NCBI GenBank assembly: GCA_045580775.1 | Contig: JAZNOK010000135.1 | Location: 1-45,720, forward strand | Reading direction: 5' to 3' | Length of the DNA: 45,720 nucleotides | From: Eubacteriales bacterium | Lineage (GTDB): Bacteria; Bacillota; Clostridia; Oscillospirales; CAG-272 | Shown: piece by piece, positions 40,425 through 45,720 of the stretch | How the letters are laid out: every line of letters begins with the position of its first letter | How positions within the stretch are numbered: position 1 is the first letter of the stretch | Position numbers and translations under genes: made by a program | Notes under the pieces: model-generated | Databases searched by the model: none | What the model was told of the DNA's origin: nothing | The model's input: only the letters and a program-made list of their open reading frames with translations

Positions 40425-41084
40425 TCAGTCTATAGCGTTTATCTCAATATTGATACCGCTTATGTTGCCTTCTACTCCCTTTTCTATCAACACCTTGTTC
40501 TCGCAATGACAGATAAGCCACTTGTTTTTATTTCTCAGAAAGCGATCCTCTGCAGGCTTTTCAAGTGCAGTATTGGTACCGAGAGGAAGACCTACAACCG
40601 CACCCATTCCGCTTTTCTTTACTGTACACGGAGTGTAGTGAAGAGACGTTGCGTATACTTCAGCCATCTCACCCTTTTCAAGATAGAACGCCTTTACCTT
40701 GTCTGAATGATATGCACCGTCTTCTATCTCGTCCAGCTGACCAAGAAGCAACACTATATCATCTATTGCTATATTTATCTCTGAATTCTTGTGCCACTCA
40801 AGTGCATTCATACGAGGATTTTTCCCCCAGACAAAACCTGTCTGAGTTGGCATCTGACCGAAGAATCTATCCCGGATAATGCCATGTATTGAAAGCTTCT
40901 CAAACTCAGCGACAGATGCCTTATACCCTGCTCCGCCGCGTTCAAGCAGTCTTTCACCGACCTTCACTATCTCAGATGTATCTACATCGGTTATAGGTGT
41001 GCCATAAGGAATAAACTCCTTGTCATGAATGGTATAGATCCTTATATGAGGATTGAGTTCACGTAGCTTGTCTAAGTTGGACAT
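40425..41084 (-). CDS. Cupin/ureidoglycolate-lyase-like protein (DUF4867-like by recollection)
   Basis: RBS AAGGAG before ATG 41084. 219 aa. The family name comes from memory of similar sequences, not from a search. Confidence 0.45.
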   Translation of the reverse strand: MSNLDKLRELNPHIRIYTIHDKEFIPYGTPITDVDTSEIVKVGERLLERGGAGYKASVAEFEKLSIHGIIRDRFFGQMPTQTGFVWGKNPRMNALEWHKNSEINIAIDDIVLLLGQLDEIEDGAYHSDKVKAFYLEKGEMAEVYATSLHYTPCTVKKSGMGAVVGLPLGTNTALEKPAEDRFLRNKNKWLICHCENKVLIEKGVEGNISGINIEINAID

Positions 41085-41209
41085 GTTTTTCTCCTTCGGT
41101 ATTTTTGTATTAATTAATCTCATAAATGTTGCATCAAATTTTTCAGAGCAAGTCATTATTCGATACAATTACTGTTAGACTAAACAATTCGATCACACGC
41201 AAAAAACTT

Positions 41210-44200
41210 TTATTCATTCCATGCTAGCTTTCGAATGATAGCAATAAGATCACGGTTATTGAGCTTGCCGTCCGAGTTTATATCTGCATAGCTCATATTG
41301 TGACCGACATCAAAGCCAAGAAGGTAACGTACAAGCATGGTTACGTCACTGTTTGTCATATCGCCGTCTCCATCTACGTCCTCGTTTAGCACAAATACAA
41401 TACTGTTTTTCTGTGCGTAGTCATAAGCAGCAGATCCGTGGCAAGTACGCAAAGAGACGTTCGGACATTTATCAAAGCATCCTGTACCAATGCTGTTTAC
41501 GCTGTTGGGAATTATCACTTCCCCGAGTGCTGTACAGTTGCGGAATGCATAACCACCGATACTTTCGACAGATGTGCCGATACTAATATCAGAGAGAGAC
41601 TTGCATCCGTAGAAAGCATATTCACCTACAGACACAATACCCTCGGGAATAGTAACACTCTTGAGCGATGTGCAGTTGATAAAGGTGTAGTTTTTGATTT
41701 CTGCAAGCTTACCCTGTACAACTACAGATGTTAGGATCTTTCCATTCGCACTGATGTTCTTTGCGTAATATGTGGGATTGGAGGTATAATGAGCAAAGTC
41801 TATCCTGCACCATGCAAAGAGGCTTGAAATATTTACCTCATTAAGTGAGGTACATCCATAGAACGCCTTGTTGTCTACCTTGACAATACCGGCAGGTATA
41901 GTGATACTCTCAAGTGATGTGCAGTCTGAGAATGCACTTTCACCTATGGCGATAACTGAATATACCTTTCCGTCTTTGACAACATTGCTCGATACAATAA
42001 TACAAACATTATCATCACCGATAACAGCATCAACTACCATAGCTGTCAGATTAACATCGTCAAGTGCGTATTTGAGTCCATTTGGTGTAGTGTTGTTATT
42101 ATCAAGCACATCTTCAACAGCAAAGCAAGGATATCCGATCCACTCCGGAGAAGTAAAGCCACTGACACCCGAGTGATAGTATATTGTGAAATCTGAAGAT
42201 GTTTGGTCAAAAGCAGACGGATCTATTGATTCGGGAGCATCACCCAAAAACTCCGCGTATGACAACTTTCCGCAATTACGGAAAGCCTCGGGATCGATCG
42301 ACTCAACACTTCCGGGAATTGTGACATAAGCAAGGCTCGAACAGCCCTCAAATGCTCCATACCATATATCCTTCAGTCCGGCAGGAAGATCGATCTCTGT
42401 CAAAGATATGCACTCGGAGAACGCATAATCACCTATTGTTTCTATATTGTCCCCAAAAACAATATGAGAAAGAGCATCACAGCCTCTGAAAGTAGAGCCG
42501 TTTATTTTCGTAACCGCCTGAGGAATAACAATTTCCTTTAGCTTGGTTGCATCTAAGAAAGCACACCTACCAATAGTGTTGACAGTTGCAGGTAGCGTGA
42601 CACTCTCAAGGGTATCATTACAGTTAAATGCAAATTGCCCTATTTCAACAACAGTCTCAGGTACAGCAAATTCAGTTATTCCATTCATGGAAGGAAAACA
42701 AAGCAGGCTCGTCATGCTCTTGTTATACAGCACACCGTCAGTGTCATTTATGTAATATTCATTACTCGGATCGACAGCTACGTATTTGATGCTGCATCCA
42801 TCAATTGAAATCAACTGTTCGGTGTTCTTTCCGATATATAACACAGCACCGTTTGTTTGATCTCCTGATCCGTCAAAAACACCCCTGAATATATAGCCGG
42901 GACCGCCTTTCCCTCCATGAACATACACATTCGCAAAAACAGCATCGTAGTTTATTATCTCGACACTTACGCAATCTGCAAATGCATTTTCTCCTATTTG
43001 CTCGACTGTCTTAGGAATTGTAATGCTCACAAGTGATGAGCAATATGTAAAGGCATTTACTCCGATAAATTCAATTCCTTCAGGTATGGAAGCTTTTATC
43101 AGACGAGTACACATATAAAAGGCATCATCATCAATGTATTTGGTAGAAGGGTGAATCGAACAAGAGGTAATATCTGTGTCTTTAGCTTTCAACAGAAGAA
43201 TGTACGGATTATCAACATTACCAACGTAATATGCATTATCATAAAGAGTAGATTTTATGTTAGTGCATCCGTCAAAAATGCCACCTTCAAATGATTCAAT
43301 GCTGTCAGGAAAAGAAACATCGACCAGTCCTGTACAATCCGAGAAAGCAAAAGCTTCAATGTAAGTAACACTGTCAGGAATTGATACGCTCACAAGAGAT
43401 GAGCAGTCGCCGAATGCAAAGTATCCGATTTGGGTTACTCCATCCGGTATCGTTATACTTGTAAGACTCGTGCACTTATAGAACGCATAAGGGCCTATGC
43501 TCGTTACACCTTCTATGATTTCTACCGACTTTATGTCGGATATATAGCTGTTCCAAGGTGTTTCTTGTATCCAGTATGAGTAATCATTCATGGGTCCCTT
43601 GCCGCTGAGAGTTAAAACGCCGTCAGTATCGAGAGTCCATGTAATATTTCCGTCAACGCCCGAGGCAACGTAACTCACCTCCGGCTCATCAGTGTCTCCA
43701 TCAGATGCATCATTTGCTCTAATTACCGTTACATCACGGAATCTGGTTGAGTCCTTATATTTGTCATATATCTGAGCATCGAGCACAACAACCGTCTTTC
43801 CAATAGACTCAAGAGTATCATTGACCCATAGCCTGTCACCGTTTATTCCGTAAAAGATCATGTTTCCACTGTCATCGGTAACAATATGCTCTGCCGATTG
43901 CTTATCTTCATTATATGTAAAGGACCCTTCAAGGTCAAAATCCGGACCGATATTGACGGTAATACCGTTTCCGTAGCCGTTTTGCGAGGTTACCTTTGAA
44001 TCTGACTGACAAAGGAACCTATTAATCTTACCTCCCATGAGATTTACCGTGCATGATGAGTTCTCAGCTAATATTGCAACACCTCCAAAGATACGGGAGA
44101 ATGTAAAAAGCTTGTCAATCTCTGCATTTTCACCGACATTTATCGTAAGTGTGTAGTTAGAGAACTCACTTGTACTATGTACTCCTGATGGGGAATAGAG

Positions 44201-45619
44201 GCTACCTCTGAGAGAGCCTACGACCTCATCCCATATACCCCCGTTAATGGTAAGAGTTGAGCTTTTGACAATGTAGTCACGGTCAGTTGCAGCTGTACTT
44301 CCTCCCTGACCACCTGCTACGACAATGCTAAGGTATCCATTTTCCTTAATTATACAAGTAGATGAAAAGGTAAGATCGTTAAAACAAGCTGCAAAGAGCA
44401 TATTATAATTCTGCTCGATGGTGATATCGGTAAACTCTGTAGGCCCGCCCGCACAAAAGCGACGTGTGCCATTGGCAATGATGTACTTAGAATCAGCTGT
44501 AACACCCATAATCGTAATCTTGCCTTTATGATCAGGAGCAATAAAATGTGATGCAGGAGTATACGTGTCTACAACTACTACTTGACCTCCCTGATCACCA
44601 AGAACCTGATATGCCTTTGTAAGTGTATTGACAGCATTGTCAGCGGACAGTCCGTCGTTGTTGTCAGATCCGCTATCCGAGAGGTAGACGGTATTAACTT
44701 TAGATATAGGATCATCAGGCATTTCAGGTGATGTAGGATCATCCGGAGTTGTAGTTTCAGCATCGGAAGCTGCAAAGTCAAACAGTACATACCCCTGCTC
44801 ATCAACTACCAACCCTTCAAACCCTTCAAAATCAGCCTCAGTAACCAGATCCTTTATCTCATCACCGACAACGATAATGCCTGTACCCGTATACTTTTCA
44901 AACCCAAGAGCATGTATGTACGCGTATGCACCGTCGTTTATGTTCAGTGTATAGTTTACCCCACCTGTCATTTCGGCAAATTGAGCAGTATTTGTCACTA
45001 CAAGTGATTTGTTTACGTTAATTACAGCCGGAGTTCTTTCGTTTTCTATTGCTGATGAAGAGATGCGGCAGAGTATGACGACATTATCGAAAATAACGTC
45101 ACCTTCAAATGTTAAAGTCCTGACATCAGCTATCATAAACATGCCGTACTGACCAACGTTTCCGCCGGACTCAGACATATAACGAATGTTACCGTTTTCA
45201 TCTCTGGACGTATAGTCAGTGTCACCGTCAACAGCAGTAAAAAGTATAGGTTGTGACGTAGCAGGTATACTGATATCTCCGCCAAAGTATCCCTTACCCA
45301 CGATTACAATTGTTCCCCCATCCTTTACAAGACCATCTGTGAATAGCGGTAACCATCCGGAAGCTGTCCTGTAAGGAACCTGCGGTGTAGCACCGCCGTC
45401 AACTGTAGCTTTGTACTCACCGGTTTCGTTTTTATCATGAGCAACATACACCTTGTTTGTTCCGGTAGGTATAGGCTCGTCGGGGAGCTCGATCTTTGTT
45501 CGTTCTCTGTTTTCCGTTTGCACAGCATCTGACACGAGCTCAACATCAGCCATAGCAGTAATCAAGCCTCCAGGCAAAGCGAGCAAGAACGCAAGAAATA
45601 ATGCTAGCAGTCTTTTCAT
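41210..45619 (-). CDS. 1469-aa secreted protein: signal peptide, ~640-aa beta-rich N-terminal region, ~700 aa of BspA-type leucine-rich repeats, C-terminal type I dockerin
   Basis: Signal peptide MKRLLALFLAFLLALPGGLITAMA. Many repeats of the I.IP..V..IG..AF..C..L type. The dockerin has two Ca-binding loops: DVDGDGDMTNSDVTMLVRYL and DINSDGKLNNRDLIAIIRKL. Confidence 0.85.
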   Translation of the reverse strand: MKRLLALFLAFLLALPGGLITAMADVELVSDAVQTENRERTKIELPDEPIPTGTNKVYVAHDKNETGEYKATVDGGATPQVPYRTASGWLPLFTDGLVKDGGTIVIVGKGYFGGDISIPATSQPILFTAVDGDTDYTSRDENGNIRYMSESGGNVGQYGMFMIADVRTLTFEGDVIFDNVVILCRISSSAIENERTPAVINVNKSLVVTNTAQFAEMTGGVNYTLNINDGAYAYIHALGFEKYTGTGIIVVGDEIKDLVTEADFEGFEGLVVDEQGYVLFDFAASDAETTTPDDPTSPEMPDDPISKVNTVYLSDSGSDNNDGLSADNAVNTLTKAYQVLGDQGGQVVVVDTYTPASHFIAPDHKGKITIMGVTADSKYIIANGTRRFCAGGPTEFTDITIEQNYNMLFAACFNDLTFSSTCIIKENGYLSIVVAGGQGGSTAATDRDYIVKSSTLTINGGIWDEVVGSLRGSLYSPSGVHSTSEFSNYTLTINVGENAEIDKLFTFSRIFGGVAILAENSSCTVNLMGGKINRFLCQSDSKVTSQNGYGNGITVNIGPDFDLEGSFTYNEDKQSAEHIVTDDSGNMIFYGINGDRLWVNDTLESIGKTVVVLDAQIYDKYKDSTRFRDVTVIRANDASDGDTDEPEVSYVASGVDGNITWTLDTDGVLTLSGKGPMNDYSYWIQETPWNSYISDIKSVEIIEGVTSIGPYAFYKCTSLTSITIPDGVTQIGYFAFGDCSSLVSVSIPDSVTYIEAFAFSDCTGLVDVSFPDSIESFEGGIFDGCTNIKSTLYDNAYYVGNVDNPYILLLKAKDTDITSCSIHPSTKYIDDDAFYMCTRLIKASIPEGIEFIGVNAFTYCSSLVSITIPKTVEQIGENAFADCVSVEIINYDAVFANVYVHGGKGGPGYIFRGVFDGSGDQTNGAVLYIGKNTEQLISIDGCSIKYVAVDPSNEYYINDTDGVLYNKSMTSLLCFPSMNGITEFAVPETVVEIGQFAFNCNDTLESVTLPATVNTIGRCAFLDATKLKEIVIPQAVTKINGSTFRGCDALSHIVFGDNIETIGDYAFSECISLTEIDLPAGLKDIWYGAFEGCSSLAYVTIPGSVESIDPEAFRNCGKLSYAEFLGDAPESIDPSAFDQTSSDFTIYYHSGVSGFTSPEWIGYPCFAVEDVLDNNNTTPNGLKYALDDVNLTAMVVDAVIGDDNVCIIVSSNVVKDGKVYSVIAIGESAFSDCTSLESITIPAGIVKVDNKAFYGCTSLNEVNISSLFAWCRIDFAHYTSNPTYYAKNISANGKILTSVVVQGKLAEIKNYTFINCTSLKSVTIPEGIVSVGEYAFYGCKSLSDISIGTSVESIGGYAFRNCTALGEVIIPNSVNSIGTGCFDKCPNVSLRTCHGSAAYDYAQKNSIVFVLNEDVDGDGDMTNSDVTMLVRYLLGFDVGHNMSYADINSDGKLNNRDLIAIIRKLAWNE

Positions 45620-45672
45620 TTTGATAACTCCTTCTTCTTTGATAATTCTTCCGATAACGCAATCATGTTATA

Positions 45673-45701
45673 ATTATAACACAATCATGAACTGATGTAA
45701 A
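45673..45701 (-). promoter_or_regulatory. Promoter of the LRR-dockerin gene
   Basis: Minus strand: TTTACA (45701-45696), 17 nt, TGt-TATAAT (45681-45673). It is embedded in the 14-nt palindrome GTTATAATTATAAC. Confidence 0.6.
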
Positions 45702-45720
45702 TATTTTTGCAAAAATATAC

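Noticed and set aside
1-45720. A search for CRISPR arrays, IS elements, prophage genes and toxin-antitoxin pairs.
   Set aside because: No regularly spaced short repeats, transposase- or integrase-like ORFs, phage structural genes or small adjacent two-gene cassettes were seen on either strand. This was a by-eye scan only, and a repeat finder could still reveal short features I missed.

Overview
This is a 45.7-kb chromosomal segment from a low-GC Firmicute. It is most likely a Ruminococcus-like, cellulosome-bearing member of the Clostridia. The taxonomic clues are a 1469-aa LRR protein ending in a type I dockerin, a pro-sigma-K-like sporulation sigma factor, and AT-rich intergenic DNA with sigma-A type promoters. 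I can support about 35 protein genes, 2 tRNAs, one gene remnant, and many promoters and intrinsic terminators. I saw no rRNA, CRISPR array, integrase, transposase or phage genes. Left to right: (1) an aspS-like gene followed by gatCAB. The aspS-like frame is broken by a perfect 94-bp direct repeat and an in-frame TGA. Both the AspRS-like and GatA-like products look catalytically degenerate. (2) An ArsR/SdpR-like repressor plus an SdpI-like membrane protein. (3) A cytoplasmic BNR/Asp-box propeller protein, an S1-domain protein, an SDR, a DUF378 protein and sigK. (4) A carbohydrate-type locus from about 10.8 to 23.6 kb. It holds a lipoprotein BNR paralog, a DUF5107-like/TPR giant protein co-oriented with an orphan lipoprotein SBP, a sensor-first LuxR-type regulator, a LysM-CAP protein, an operon of two xylose-isomerase-like TIM barrels plus a Gfo/Idh/MocA oxidoreductase, and AraC. 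I consider this locus the best candidate for an undescribed system, namely a glycan or glycoside utilisation route. (5) A cation/proton antiporter, a heterodimeric ABC exporter and an aminotransferase. (6) tRNA-Met and tRNA-Glu. (7) A stand-alone Rad3/DinG-type Fe-S helicase with an unassigned N-terminal extension. (8) A P-loop NTPase, ybaK, an APH(3')-like kinase preceded by an acyltransferase remnant, and rlmD. (9) An isolated CpsB/CpsC/CpsD-type tyrosine phosphatase/modulator/kinase module. (10) A DUF4867-like gene and the LRR-dockerin gene. All calls come from reading the sequence and the ORF translations. No database search was run.
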